Assembly: GCA_017625615.1 (NCBI GenBank)
Contig: JAGAKP010000018.1
Span: forward strand, 2,454-66,453
Length of the DNA stretch: 64,000 bases
From: Clostridia bacterium
Lineage (GTDB): Bacteria > Bacillota > Clostridia > Oscillospirales > CAG-382
Direction: 5' to 3'
Shown here: positions 18,530 through 27,964 of the stretch, in pieces
Position numbering within the stretch: position 1 is the first letter of the stretch
Layout: each line of letters opens with the position of its first letter
Notes under the pieces: generated by a model
The model's input: the letters and a program-made list of their open reading frames with translations, nothing else
What the model was told of the DNA's origin: nothing
Database searches by the model: none
Program-made: the position numbers and the translations under genes

Positions 18530-21031
18530 ATGAGCGAAAGAAACGAATCCAGCGTTGAGGATATACTTAAACGGTTGCAGCACGTGTCTGCCGAAAACGA
18601 TACTGCACGTCATATTCCCATGCCCTCGGGCGGCTATAAGGCTCCCGACGGGAATTCAATGCTTGAAAAAACCAAATCGGTGGACGGGAACATTCCCACC
18701 CGCACCGAAACCGAGGATATTATTGATAAATACTCCTCCCGCGTAAAGATACAAGATGAAAAATCCTCCACTCAGGGCTTGCGCGATGCCCTTGAGGCAC
18801 GTATGGAGGACGACGCGGAGCTTAAGAATTATTATTACGGCAACAAGGACAAGCCTATGAAGAGCCGCCGTGCAGACGAGCTCTTTGCACTTATCGACCG
18901 TGCCACGGTGGACACCATCGGTCAGGCAGAGAAAAAGCCTGCGGAAATAGACACCTCCCGCTTTATGGATCCCGAAACGGTGGAAAAGCCCGTGGAATAC
19001 AAGCAGGAAGAGCTGTTCCCCATGGGCGACACCATGCCCCCTCAGGAGGACAACCGTGAGACTGCCACCTTTGACGACGACTACGCAGGACTTTCCGAGC
19101 GTGTGGTAAGCGGCAAGATCGGCTTGGAGGACGAGGACGATACTCAGCTCAGCCTCGTTTCCGAGGATAGCGACGATATCAACGTCGGTGACGGCTTGCT
19201 TGATACCAAGGATATCGGCTTGAAGATCGCTTTGGGTGAAATAGATATCGAAAGCGACGAGGTGCCCGAGGCAATCCGCGAAAAATACAAAAAGGCAGAA
19301 AACGAAGTTAACAAGAATAACGGCGAGTACGAATATACCGACAGAGCGCAGAACAACGAGGTCAACCGCCTTATGCGCCGCGGCATCCGACACGCCTTCC
19401 GCCGTCTTATTGCGGCAATACTTATTACTTTGGGTATCGTTTATCTTGAGCTTGCCACCAAGGGAGGCGCGGGATACTCAATATACCTCAGTCAGGGACG
19501 GTACGGTGTTCTGTATATCCTTGCGGATCTTCAGGTGCTGTTCTTCCTCGGTATGGTGCTTATGCCTTACCTCTCCAAGGGTGCAAAAGGCTTGTTTACC
19601 TTTAATCTTACGGCAGACAGCGTGTTCTTCTTCTCCTTCGTCGCCAGTGCGGGCTATTGTCTGGTAAGAGCGTTTATGTCTCCCACGGATCCCGATTTGC
19701 ATCTGTTCAACCTTACGGCGGCAATGTGCGGCATCTGCTCCGCGCTTATACATTATCTCACCGCCAAGAAGGATTACGCCTGCTTCAAGGTTATCGCTTC
19801 CGCAAAAAGCAAGTATGCGGCGGCACAGATATCCGGAGCATCCCGCGAATCCGATGAGTTTTATTCATATCTTCTTGAGGACAGCGATATTTACACCGTC
19901 CGCAAGACAAAGTTTATAAGCGGATTCTTCGCACGTCTCAAAAAACGTCCCAAGAGCGAGGACCTGTTCAACTTCCTGCTTCCCTTCGTGATGGTTGCCG
20001 CTATAGCCGCCCTTGCGGTAAAGGCTATTATGGGCGGAACCATGCTTGAATCTGTAAACGGCGCAATGTTTACTTTGGCAGTGGGACTTCCTCTTTCCGC
20101 CTTCTTTATAATCGCAATGCCCCTTTGCACTGCAAACCGCAGAGCAAACCGCTCCTCCTCCTGCTTTATCGGTCCCGCCGTTGCAGAGGAATATGCGGAC
20201 GCTTCCGTTATCTCCTTTGCGGATACGGAGGTATATCCCTCCCACCTCGTAAAGATAACCAGCTTCCGCACCTACGGAGATTTCCGTATCGACCGTATGC
20301 TTATCGAGCTTTCACGTATCTTCAACTACGTGGGCGGACCTCTCGAAAAGGTTCTGTCTTCCACCATAACCGAGCCCGTAGAGCCTGCACAGTACATCCG
20401 CGTTCTTGAGTCTGCCTCCGACGGACTCCGCGTGGTTCTTGACGGTAAGGAGTATTTCATCGGAAAGCGCGCCTATATGCGCCGCTACCGCTTTGAGGCT
20501 CCCAAGGACGAGATAGACGATATGTACGAAAACAGCGTCGGCTCCGTAATGTTCGTTTCGGTAGGGGATCATCTGGCGGTAAAGCTGTACATCAAGTATT
20601 CCATCAACCCGTTGTTTGACGAATTGCTTCGCGATATGAACAAATCGGGCTTGTGCGTTGGAATAAAAACACTTGACCCCAATATAAATAACGATCTCCT
20701 TGCAAACGGTATTAAATATAAGAAGTGCCCCATCGCCATCCTCAAGGCGGGCAACCCCGAGGATATGACGAAGGTATCCAAGGAAATAGATTCCGGTATC
20801 GTTACAAACTCCGGACTTCATAATTTCCTGCGTATTTTCGCTCTGTGCGATAAGACGCGTCATATCATAAAGAGCAACGCTATGATATGCGTTATCGGCA
20901 CGGTGCTGTCACTTGTGGCGGCAGGATTTATGCTTTTCGTGGGGGATACGAGCAATATTCCCTCGGTCTATACGGTGCTGTTCCAGCTCGTTTGGGTGCT
21001 CCCCGTATGGCTGCTTTCGATGATTTTGTAA
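18530..21031 (+). CDS. polytopic membrane protein resembling a catalytically degenerate P-type ATPase, with a long acidic N-terminal extension
   Basis: 833 aa. The first about 290 aa are acidic and low-complexity, followed by at least 8 hydrophobic helices. The segment SFADTEVYPS sits where P-type ATPases carry DKTGTLT, and FVSVGDHLAVKLYIKYSINPLFDELLRDMNKSGLCVGIKTLDPN sits where they carry the ...TGD hinge region. This is a by-eye alignment only. Confidence 0.55.
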   Translation: MSERNESSVEDILKRLQHVSAENDTARHIPMPSGGYKAPDGNSMLEKTKSVDGNIPTRTETEDIIDKYSSRVKIQDEKSSTQGLRDALEARMEDDAELKNYYYGNKDKPMKSRRADELFALIDRATVDTIGQAEKKPAEIDTSRFMDPETVEKPVEYKQEELFPMGDTMPPQEDNRETATFDDDYAGLSERVVSGKIGLEDEDDTQLSLVSEDSDDINVGDGLLDTKDIGLKIALGEIDIESDEVPEAIREKYKKAENEVNKNNGEYEYTDRAQNNEVNRLMRRGIRHAFRRLIAAILITLGIVYLELATKGGAGYSIYLSQGRYGVLYILADLQVLFFLGMVLMPYLSKGAKGLFTFNLTADSVFFFSFVASAGYCLVRAFMSPTDPDLHLFNLTAAMCGICSALIHYLTAKKDYACFKVIASAKSKYAAAQISGASRESDEFYSYLLEDSDIYTVRKTKFISGFFARLKKRPKSEDLFNFLLPFVMVAAIAALAVKAIMGGTMLESVNGAMFTLAVGLPLSAFFIIAMPLCTANRRANRSSSCFIGPAVAEEYADASVISFADTEVYPSHLVKITSFRTYGDFRIDRMLIELSRIFNYVGGPLEKVLSSTITEPVEPAQYIRVLESASDGLRVVLDGKEYFIGKRAYMRRYRFEAPKDEIDDMYENSVGSVMFVSVGDHLAVKLYIKYSINPLFDELLRDMNKSGLCVGIKTLDPNINNDLLANGIKYKKCPIAILKAGNPEDMTKVSKEIDSGIVTNSGLHNFLRIFALCDKTRHIIKSNAMICVIGTVLSLVAAGFMLFVGDTSNIPSVYTVLFQLVWVLPVWLLSMIL

Positions 21032-21095
21032 CATTTGCACAAAAATGAACCTTGCAAATTTACATTTTCGACGGCTCAATGCTCAAAAAATACTC

Positions 21096-21124
21096 TTGAA
21101 TAATTTGAAATATTATTATATAAT
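21096..21124 (+). promoter_or_regulatory. sigma-A type promoter upstream of the EF-G paralog
   Basis: TTGAAT, 17-nt spacer, TATAAT. Confidence 0.5.
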
Positions 21125-21166
21125 AGATTGTTGGAAAATTGTTAGTACATTAATGGAGGAAAAATA

Positions 21167-23245
21167 ATGGCAAAATATACATCTGACAAAATTCGTAATA
21201 TCTGTTTATTGGGACACGGCGGTGACGGTAAGACCTCTCTCGCAGAGTCTATGCTCTACCTTTCCAAGGTAACCGACCGTCTCGGCAAAACCGTTGACGG
21301 CAACACCGTAATGGACTTTGACCCCGAAGAGATCAGAAGAACCATATCCGTATCCGCTTCTCTCGCAAACTTTGAGTGGAACGGTGCGAAGATCAACTTA
21401 GTTGACACTCCCGGTACCTTCGATTTCGTTGGTGAAGTCAGACAGGCTCTCCGCGTTGTAGGCACCGCAGTTCTCGTAGTAGACGGTAAGTCCGGACCCA
21501 AGGTTGGTACCGAGCTTTGCTGGGATCTTGCAGGCAAGCTTCCCAAGGCGTTCTTCGTAAATAAGATGGACGATGAAAACGCTAACTTCGAGCGTGTCTT
21601 CGGTCAGCTTCGCGACCTGTTCGGCAACACCGTATGTCCCGTTTTCGTTCCTTATCACGAGGGTAAGGCAGATATGGGCTTCTATAACCTTCTTACCGAA
21701 GAAGCATTCACCTTCGATAAGAGCGGCAAGCCCAACCCCGCATCTCTTCCCGCAGATATGAACGATACCGTAGAGCAGTACAAGAAGATGCTTGACGAAT
21801 CTCTTGCAGAGACCTCCGATGAGCTTATCGAAAAGGTTCTCTTCAACGAAGAGGCTCTCACCATCGATGAAAAGACCACTGCTATGAACGCAGGTCTTAT
21901 CAGCGGTACCATCGCTCCAGTATTCTCCGGCTCAGCGTTCACTCTCGCAGGCGTAAGAACTCTTATGAACGTTATCGCTGCTTCCTTCTCCTCTCCCAGT
22001 GACCGTCACGACGAGACTCTGATCGACAGCGAAGGCAATAAAAAGACAGTTTCCTCTTCCGAAACCGGCGATACCTCTATCTTCGTATTCAAGACCGTAG
22101 CAGACCAGTTCGGTAAGAAGAGCTACTTCAAGGTTCTCAACGGCTCCCTTAAGAAGGATACCGTTCTTACCAACCTTTCCACCGGCCAGACCGAAAAGAT
22201 CGCTCGTATCGTAACCATGGCAGGTAAGAAGGAGACCGACGTTGACGAGCTTTGCTTCGGCGATATCGGTGTAACCGTAAAGCTCACCAACACCAATACC
22301 AACAATACCCTTTCCACCAACGCTGCTCTCGGCGGAACCTACGCTCCCGTAGAATTCCCCACTCCTTATCTCAGCATGGCTCTCGTTCCCAAGGCAAAGG
22401 GTGATGAAGATAAGATCTCTTCCGGTATTTCCAAGCTTCTGGAGGAAGACCTTACCGTTAAGTACGTAAACAACGCAGAAACCAAGCAGATGTGTCTGTA
22501 CGGTCTCGGCGATATGCACCTTGACGTTATCGTAAGCAAGCTCAAGAACCGCTTCGGCACCAGTGTTGACCTTGCTACTCCCAAGGTTGCTTACAGAGAA
22601 ACCATCAAGCGTCCCAAGTCCGTTCAGGGTAAACATAAGAAGCAGTCCGGCGGTCACGGTCAGTACGGCGACGTTAAGATCGAGTTCTCCCGTCACGATG
22701 AGGACGGACTCGTCTTCACCGAAACCGTTGTCGGCGGCGCAGTCCCCAAGAACTTCTTCCCCGCAATCGAAAAGGGACTTCAGGAATCCATGCAGAAGGG
22801 CGTTCTTGCAGGCTATCCCGTTATCGGTCTTAAGGCAAACCTCTTCGACGGTTCTTATCACGACGTTGACTCTTCCGAAATGTCCTTCAAGCTTGCCGCA
22901 AACCTTGCGTTCAAGGAAGGTCTTAAGGATAACTCCGTTCTTCTCGAGCCCGTTGGTATGCTGAAGGTTCTTATCCCCGATAATATGATGGGCGATATCA
23001 TCGGCGACCTTAACAAGCGCCGCGGCAGAATTGCAGGCACCGACCAGTCTCCCGACCGTAAGGGATACACCGTTGTTGAAGCAGAAGTTCCTACCGCTGA
23101 AATGAGCACCTACGCAATCCAGCTCCGCGCTATGACTCAGGGCAGAGGTACCTATACCTTTGAATTCCTCAGATACGAGGAAGCTCCCTCCAACATCGTT
23201 CAGAAAGTAGTCGAGGAAGCAAAGAAGAACGCCTCCGACGAATAA
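21167..23245 (+). CDS. elongation factor G paralog (EF-G2-like translational GTPase)
   Basis: G1 GHGGDGKT, G3 DTPGTFDFVGE, G4 NKMD, and EF-G domain IV/V-like C-terminus; 692 aa. Confidence 0.85.
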   Translation: MAKYTSDKIRNICLLGHGGDGKTSLAESMLYLSKVTDRLGKTVDGNTVMDFDPEEIRRTISVSASLANFEWNGAKINLVDTPGTFDFVGEVRQALRVVGTAVLVVDGKSGPKVGTELCWDLAGKLPKAFFVNKMDDENANFERVFGQLRDLFGNTVCPVFVPYHEGKADMGFYNLLTEEAFTFDKSGKPNPASLPADMNDTVEQYKKMLDESLAETSDELIEKVLFNEEALTIDEKTTAMNAGLISGTIAPVFSGSAFTLAGVRTLMNVIAASFSSPSDRHDETLIDSEGNKKTVSSSETGDTSIFVFKTVADQFGKKSYFKVLNGSLKKDTVLTNLSTGQTEKIARIVTMAGKKETDVDELCFGDIGVTVKLTNTNTNNTLSTNAALGGTYAPVEFPTPYLSMALVPKAKGDEDKISSGISKLLEEDLTVKYVNNAETKQMCLYGLGDMHLDVIVSKLKNRFGTSVDLATPKVAYRETIKRPKSVQGKHKKQSGGHGQYGDVKIEFSRHDEDGLVFTETVVGGAVPKNFFPAIEKGLQESMQKGVLAGYPVIGLKANLFDGSYHDVDSSEMSFKLAANLAFKEGLKDNSVLLEPVGMLKVLIPDNMMGDIIGDLNKRRGRIAGTDQSPDRKGYTVVEAEVPTAEMSTYAIQLRAMTQGRGTYTFEFLRYEEAPSNIVQKVVEEAKKNASDE

Positions 23246-23267
23246 TTCCAAACGCTACTACCAAGAA

Positions 23268-24692
23268 ATGAGGTTATTTTCAATGTCAAGCTTTAAAAGA
23301 TATACTTTTGCGGCAATGCTTACCGCTCTGCTGCTTGTTTCGGTACTTTTAACGTCCTGCGTCAGCTTCTCCGGTTCTACTATCGACGATATTCCTCCTC
23401 TGGATTTCTCCAAGGATGCAGTTGATGAAAAAGAAGAGTCCGAGCCTCCCACGGAGGAGGGCTATACCGCACGTCCCACCGTTACCGCTATCGTCAACAC
23501 CTCTCCCGAGATCGTTGTTATCAGCGGCGCGTGTGAGGAAGGCGCAGTAGTTACCGCTACCAGCCCTGTGGATTCCGTTTCCGTTAACTCTCTCAACGGT
23601 TATTATATCCTTGAGTACGATCTTGACGGCAGAGATTCCCGTTCTCTTTCCATCACCGCAAAGGTAGACGGCAAGGAAGAAAGCACCCCTCGCGATATAA
23701 CCGTTAAGCGCGACGCTATGGCAGAGACCCGTACCGACGAATTCGAAGTAGTTCTCGGTAAGGACGGCTATCTCTTCTTCCGCGAGACCGTAGAAAATTA
23801 CTGCGGTACCAATATCGCTACCGTTTCCAAGATCGATAAGTTCGTAAACGATACCGTTAACGCACAGATCACCGCTCTTGAAAACCGTGCAGGCGGTATG
23901 GAGGTTGAGATCATCTACGTTCTCATCCCCAACGCTTCCTTTGAGTACAGCGAATATCTTCCCGAAAGCGCAGAGAAGGGTACCTATAACACTCTGTACG
24001 ATCAGGTTTCTGAAGCCCTCACCAAGTCCAACGCTACCTTCATCAATATGCGCGACGTTTTCGGGCAGCATAAGGATGACGGATATACTCTGTATAACAA
24101 GACCGATAGCCATATCACCGATTACGCAGGCTTCCTTGTTTATACCGAAATTATGAACCACATCGCAGAGAGATTTCCCGAAGCAGCTCCTCACGCACTT
24201 GAAAACTTCAACGTTTCCGAGGAAAAGGTAGTTGCCGGCGGTAACCTTGCAGTATACGGTCAGTTTGACACCGATACCCTTACCGAAAAGCGCGTTACCC
24301 TTTCTCCAAAGTTCTCTCTTGATATGGGTGATTCCGCTCACAGACTTAAGCTGACCACCACCAATCTCAGCAAGATCCAGAAGTTCACCTCCGAGGATAG
24401 CTGCGAGATCATCTCCGGTGATGCAAACGAGGGTATGAGCAGTGTTCTTTCCCGTCTTTACTTCTGTACCGAGCGTCCCGAGCTTCCATCTGCTATGATC
24501 TACCGTGACGATAGCTCCGCTATGTTCGTAGATTACCTTGCAGAACGCTTCAACAACTCTATGATGGCGGTTTCCGGCGACTACGTTGTTAACCTTACCG
24601 ACGCAGGCAGACACGCATCCGCAGGCAAATCCGTTGTAGATTACGTTATCGTTATCGTTGACGAAAATAACCTTGACCAGTTGGTTAAATAA
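23268..24692 (+). CDS. putative lipoprotein of the AlgX/AlgJ / DHHW-type SGNH-like family
   Basis: Signal peptide with lipobox LLTSC. The NKTDSHITDYAG segment matches the D-x-H-(W) motif region of AlgJ/AlgX-type O-acetyltransferase-like proteins. The start could be 23283. Confidence 0.55.
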   Translation: MRLFSMSSFKRYTFAAMLTALLLVSVLLTSCVSFSGSTIDDIPPLDFSKDAVDEKEESEPPTEEGYTARPTVTAIVNTSPEIVVISGACEEGAVVTATSPVDSVSVNSLNGYYILEYDLDGRDSRSLSITAKVDGKEESTPRDITVKRDAMAETRTDEFEVVLGKDGYLFFRETVENYCGTNIATVSKIDKFVNDTVNAQITALENRAGGMEVEIIYVLIPNASFEYSEYLPESAEKGTYNTLYDQVSEALTKSNATFINMRDVFGQHKDDGYTLYNKTDSHITDYAGFLVYTEIMNHIAERFPEAAPHALENFNVSEEKVVAGGNLAVYGQFDTDTLTEKRVTLSPKFSLDMGDSAHRLKLTTTNLSKIQKFTSEDSCEIISGDANEGMSSVLSRLYFCTERPELPSAMIYRDDSSAMFVDYLAERFNNSMMAVSGDYVVNLTDAGRHASAGKSVVDYVIVIVDENNLDQLVK

Positions 24693-24707
24693 TTAAAACA
24701 AAAAATT

Positions 24708-24742
24708 ATGAGCTGTCAGCTTCCTGACAGCTCATTTTTTTC
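24708..24742 (+). terminator. intrinsic terminator
   Basis: Perfect 12-bp stem ATGAGCTGTCAG-cttc-CTGACAGCTCAT followed by TTTTTTT. Confidence 0.88.
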
Positions 24743-24830
24743 GGGGTCCCCGCGAAGCCGCAAGGCTTCGTGGGGTGATTATTTTTCGGGGTCCCCGAGA
24801 AGCCGAAGGCTTTTTGGGGTAATTATCGGA
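24741..24830. repeat. REP-like tetraloop hairpin repeat, two tandem copies (B, C)
   Basis: TCGGGGTCCCCGCGAAGCC-GCAA-GGCTTCGTGGGGTGATTATTTTT followed directly by CGGGGTCCCCGAGAAGCC-GAA-GGCTTTTTGGGGTAATTAT. Same family as 6987-7032. Confidence 0.65.
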
Positions 24831-24888
24831 GTTATTGCATATATTCCCGGGTATTCCCGCATATAAATTACGGGAAAGGAGTATTACA

Positions 24889-26076
24889 ATGAAACGAATT
24901 TTTGTTTTAATTATCGTAGCGGTGTTGGTTTTCCCCTTAACAGCCAACGCCACCGAAAGCATCGACGTTTTTGAAAGCCTGCCTGCGGAGGACTTCTGGT
25001 TTGAGCCCGCGGCTGCCTTTACGGGGGATTTCAAGGTGAAAAGCGCATATCTCACCGATTACCTCACGGGTAAGGTATTGTATGCCAAAAACGAGGAGGA
25101 AAAGCTTCCCATCGCCTCCGTTACAAAAATAATGACCTCACTCTTGGTATTCGAAGCGCTGGACGGGGGAAAGATAACCTACGATGAAACCGTAACCGTA
25201 AGCGAGTACGCGGCGAAAATGGGCGGCAGTCAGGTCTACCTTGAGCAAGGCGAGCAAATGACGGTAAAGGACCTTATGAAGGCAATGATGATCTCCTCTG
25301 CAAACGACGCCACCGTGGCACTTGCGGAGCATATTGCAGGCAGTGTGGAGACCTTCGTGGGTATGATGAACAACCGCGCCGCAAGCCTCGGTATGACCAA
25401 CACGAGCTTCAAAAACCCTCACGGTCTCGATGAGGAAGGCCACTACAGCTGTGCCCGCGACGTGGCTTTTATGACCCGTGAATTACTTACTCACGAGGGT
25501 GTGACCGAGTTTACCACCGTATGGATGGACACTATTCGCGACGGCGCCTTCGGACTTTCAAACACAAACAAGCTCATCCGTTATTACAGCGGCGCAACGG
25601 GTATGAAAACGGGCTTTACCAATGCCGCAGGCTTTTGCCTTTCGGGTACTGCCATGCGTGACGGACTTCATCTTATAGCCGTCGTTCTCGGCGGTGAAAG
25701 CAGTAACGAAAGATTCGGCACCGTAAAGAAAATGCTTGATTTCGGCTTTGCAAACTATTCTGTCATCACCCCCGAGCATCTTGAAATAGAGGATATTTTC
25801 GTTCCGGGCGGCAAGGATAATTACCTTTCCGCCGACTATACTCCGCCTTCAATGCTTACGGAAAAGGGCGTGGCAGGGGAGATAACCCAAAAAGTGAATA
25901 TATTCGAGGATATCAGCGCACCCATTTCAAAGGGCGATAAGGTTGGCAGAGTTGATATCTACCGCGACGGACAGCTTATTTCAACAGCGGACGTAGTTGC
26001 GACGGAGGACATTTCACGAATAAGCTTCGGAGAAGTATTAATGCGAATATTACGCGTCGCTTGCGGATTTATTTGA
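24889..26076 (+). CDS. D-alanyl-D-alanine carboxypeptidase (PBP5/DacB-DacF type, S11 family)
   Basis: Signal peptide plus the SVTK (SxxK), SSAN (SxN) and KTGFT (KTG) motifs. The ATG at 24889 follows an AAAGGAG RBS. Confidence 0.85.
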   Translation: MKRIFVLIIVAVLVFPLTANATESIDVFESLPAEDFWFEPAAAFTGDFKVKSAYLTDYLTGKVLYAKNEEEKLPIASVTKIMTSLLVFEALDGGKITYDETVTVSEYAAKMGGSQVYLEQGEQMTVKDLMKAMMISSANDATVALAEHIAGSVETFVGMMNNRAASLGMTNTSFKNPHGLDEEGHYSCARDVAFMTRELLTHEGVTEFTTVWMDTIRDGAFGLSNTNKLIRYYSGATGMKTGFTNAAGFCLSGTAMRDGLHLIAVVLGGESSNERFGTVKKMLDFGFANYSVITPEHLEIEDIFVPGGKDNYLSADYTPPSMLTEKGVAGEITQKVNIFEDISAPISKGDKVGRVDIYRDGQLISTADVVATEDISRISFGEVLMRILRVACGFI

Positions 26077-26105
26077 TTGACAAAACGGGTAATATGGTAT
26101 ATAAT
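26077..26105 (+). promoter_or_regulatory. consensus sigma-A promoter of pgi
   Basis: TTGACA, 17-nt spacer, TATAAT. This places the transcription start downstream of the track ORF start at 26108. Confidence 0.55.
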
Positions 26106-26143
26106 ATATGGAAATTCAAAATAAAAGGAAGAAACAAAAAACT

Positions 26144-27478
26144 ATGATACGTCTTGAAGATAAATACGCACTTTCCTTTCTCGGCGAAGGCGCGTTGGAA
26201 GCTCTTAACGAATCTCTTGAAACCGCAGACGGTTATATACGCAACCGTAACGGCGCAGGCAACGATTTTACAGGATGGATAGACCTTCCCGCAAATTACG
26301 ATAAAGAGGAATTTGCACGCATTAAAGCGGCTGCAAAGCGCATTTGTGACACCAGCGACGCTCTCATCGTTATCGGTATCGGCGGAAGCTATCTCGGCGC
26401 AAAGGCTGCAATAGATTTTCTCCGCTCTCCCAATTACAATTGCCTTTCCAAGAATACTCCCGATATTTACTTTACCGGCAACTCCTTCTCGGGCGACGAT
26501 CTTAACGAGGTGCTCGAGCTTTGCAAGAACAAGCGCGTTTCCGTTAACGTCATAAGTAAATCCGGCACCACCACCGAAAGCGCACTTGCTTTCAGATTTA
26601 TAAGAAGCGAGCTTGAGAAGCGCTATACCCGCGAGGAGCTTAAGGAGCGAATTTATTGCACCACCGATAAGGCAAGAGGAGCTTTAAAGAATTTTGCGGA
26701 CGCTGAGGGCTACGAAACCTTCGTTATTCCCGATGATATCGGCGGAAGATTTTCCGTTCTCACCGCGGTGGGCTTGCTTCCCATCGCCGTTGCGGGCTGT
26801 GATATAGACGCACTTATGCAGGGCGCCGCAGATATGCGCGCACAGTGCTTTGAGCAGGGACTTGATAATATCGCATACAGATACGCAGTTGTCCGCAACG
26901 CACTTTATAACAGCGGCAAGCGTATAGAGATACTCGCCTCCTACGAGGGCGCCTTCCGTTCTATGGCAGAATGGTGGAAGCAGCTTTACGGCGAAAGCGA
27001 GGGTAAGGACGGAAAGGGTATTTTCCCCGCATCCGTTGCCTTCTCTACCGATCTTCACTCTCTCGGTCAGTTCATTCAGGACGGAAGCCGTACTATGTTT
27101 GAGACCGTGGTAAGACAGGTAAACCCCGTAAACACTCTTACCGTTCCCTTCGACGAGCTTAATACCGATACCCTCAATTACCTTGCGGGTATGACTATGA
27201 ACCAGATCAACGATCATGCTATGACCGGCACTCTCCTCGCTCACCTTGACGGAAACGTGCCTAACCTTATGATCACCTACGATTCCAGAAGCGAGCATAC
27301 TCTCGGCGAAATGGTATATTTCTTTGAATTGGCGTGCGCCGCAAGCGGATATATTCTCGGCGTAAATCCCTTCGATCAGCCCGGTGTAGAGGACTATAAA
27401 CGCAATATGTTTGCGCTTTTGGGCAAGCCCGGCTACGAAAGTCAAAAAGAAGCACTGGAAAACAAGATGAAAATGTAA
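26144..27478 (+). CDS. pgi: glucose-6-phosphate isomerase
   Basis: Firmicute-type Pgi motifs IGIGGSYLG, KSGTTTE, GGRFSVL and ESEGK. The start is set at the ATG at 26144 because of the promoter position. Confidence 0.9.
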   Translation: MIRLEDKYALSFLGEGALEALNESLETADGYIRNRNGAGNDFTGWIDLPANYDKEEFARIKAAAKRICDTSDALIVIGIGGSYLGAKAAIDFLRSPNYNCLSKNTPDIYFTGNSFSGDDLNEVLELCKNKRVSVNVISKSGTTTESALAFRFIRSELEKRYTREELKERIYCTTDKARGALKNFADAEGYETFVIPDDIGGRFSVLTAVGLLPIAVAGCDIDALMQGAADMRAQCFEQGLDNIAYRYAVVRNALYNSGKRIEILASYEGAFRSMAEWWKQLYGESEGKDGKGIFPASVAFSTDLHSLGQFIQDGSRTMFETVVRQVNPVNTLTVPFDELNTDTLNYLAGMTMNQINDHAMTGTLLAHLDGNVPNLMITYDSRSEHTLGEMVYFFELACAASGYILGVNPFDQPGVEDYKRNMFALLGKPGYESQKEALENKMKM

Positions 27479-27556
27479 AAAAACACTTGCTTTTTCGGTT
27501 CATATCAAGTAAAATAAGTATAGACATTTAAAGTCACGAACAGGAGGAAAACCAAT

Positions 27557-27964
27557 ATGATAAAAATGTTAGTCGGTCTTAAAGGATCCGGCAAAACCAA
27601 AACTCTCATTGACGAGGTAAAAAAGGCTTCTGAAGCTTCTTCCGGCTCGGTAGTTTGCGTTGAATACGGCAGAAATCTTTCTTATAACATCGGCTACGAC
27701 GTACGCCTTGTAGACGCAAAGGAATACGCTGTTAAGGATGCAACCACCCTTTACGGCTTTGTTTGCGGTCTTCTTGCCAGCAACCATGACGTTACCGACC
27801 TTTTCATAGACAGCGCTCTCAAGATCTGCGGCGACGACGTTTCCGCATACGCAGAATTCCTTGAAAAGCTTGACGCTATTCTCGGCGAAGATATCCACTG
27901 TATGATCACCGCTTCCGTTGAGGAAGACCGGCTTCCCGAAAGCGCAAAGAAATACATAGGCTAA
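27557..27964 (+). CDS. small P-loop protein, function unknown
   Basis: 135 aa with a Walker-A-like GLKGSGKT and an AGGAGG RBS. Its stop overlaps the next start (ATGA). Confidence 0.5.
   Translation: MIKMLVGLKGSGKTKTLIDEVKKASEASSGSVVCVEYGRNLSYNIGYDVRLVDAKEYAVKDATTLYGFVCGLLASNHDVTDLFIDSALKICGDDVSAYAEFLEKLDAILGEDIHCMITASVEEDRLPESAKKYIG

Noticed and set aside
21932-24614. Long antisense ORFs 21932-23251 (439 aa) and 23349-24614 (421 aa), opposite the EF-G paralog and the lipoprotein gene. Also 54779-55729 opposite tex and 58532-59692 opposite hydG.
   Set aside because: They mirror well-supported sense genes and show no start context or family motifs.
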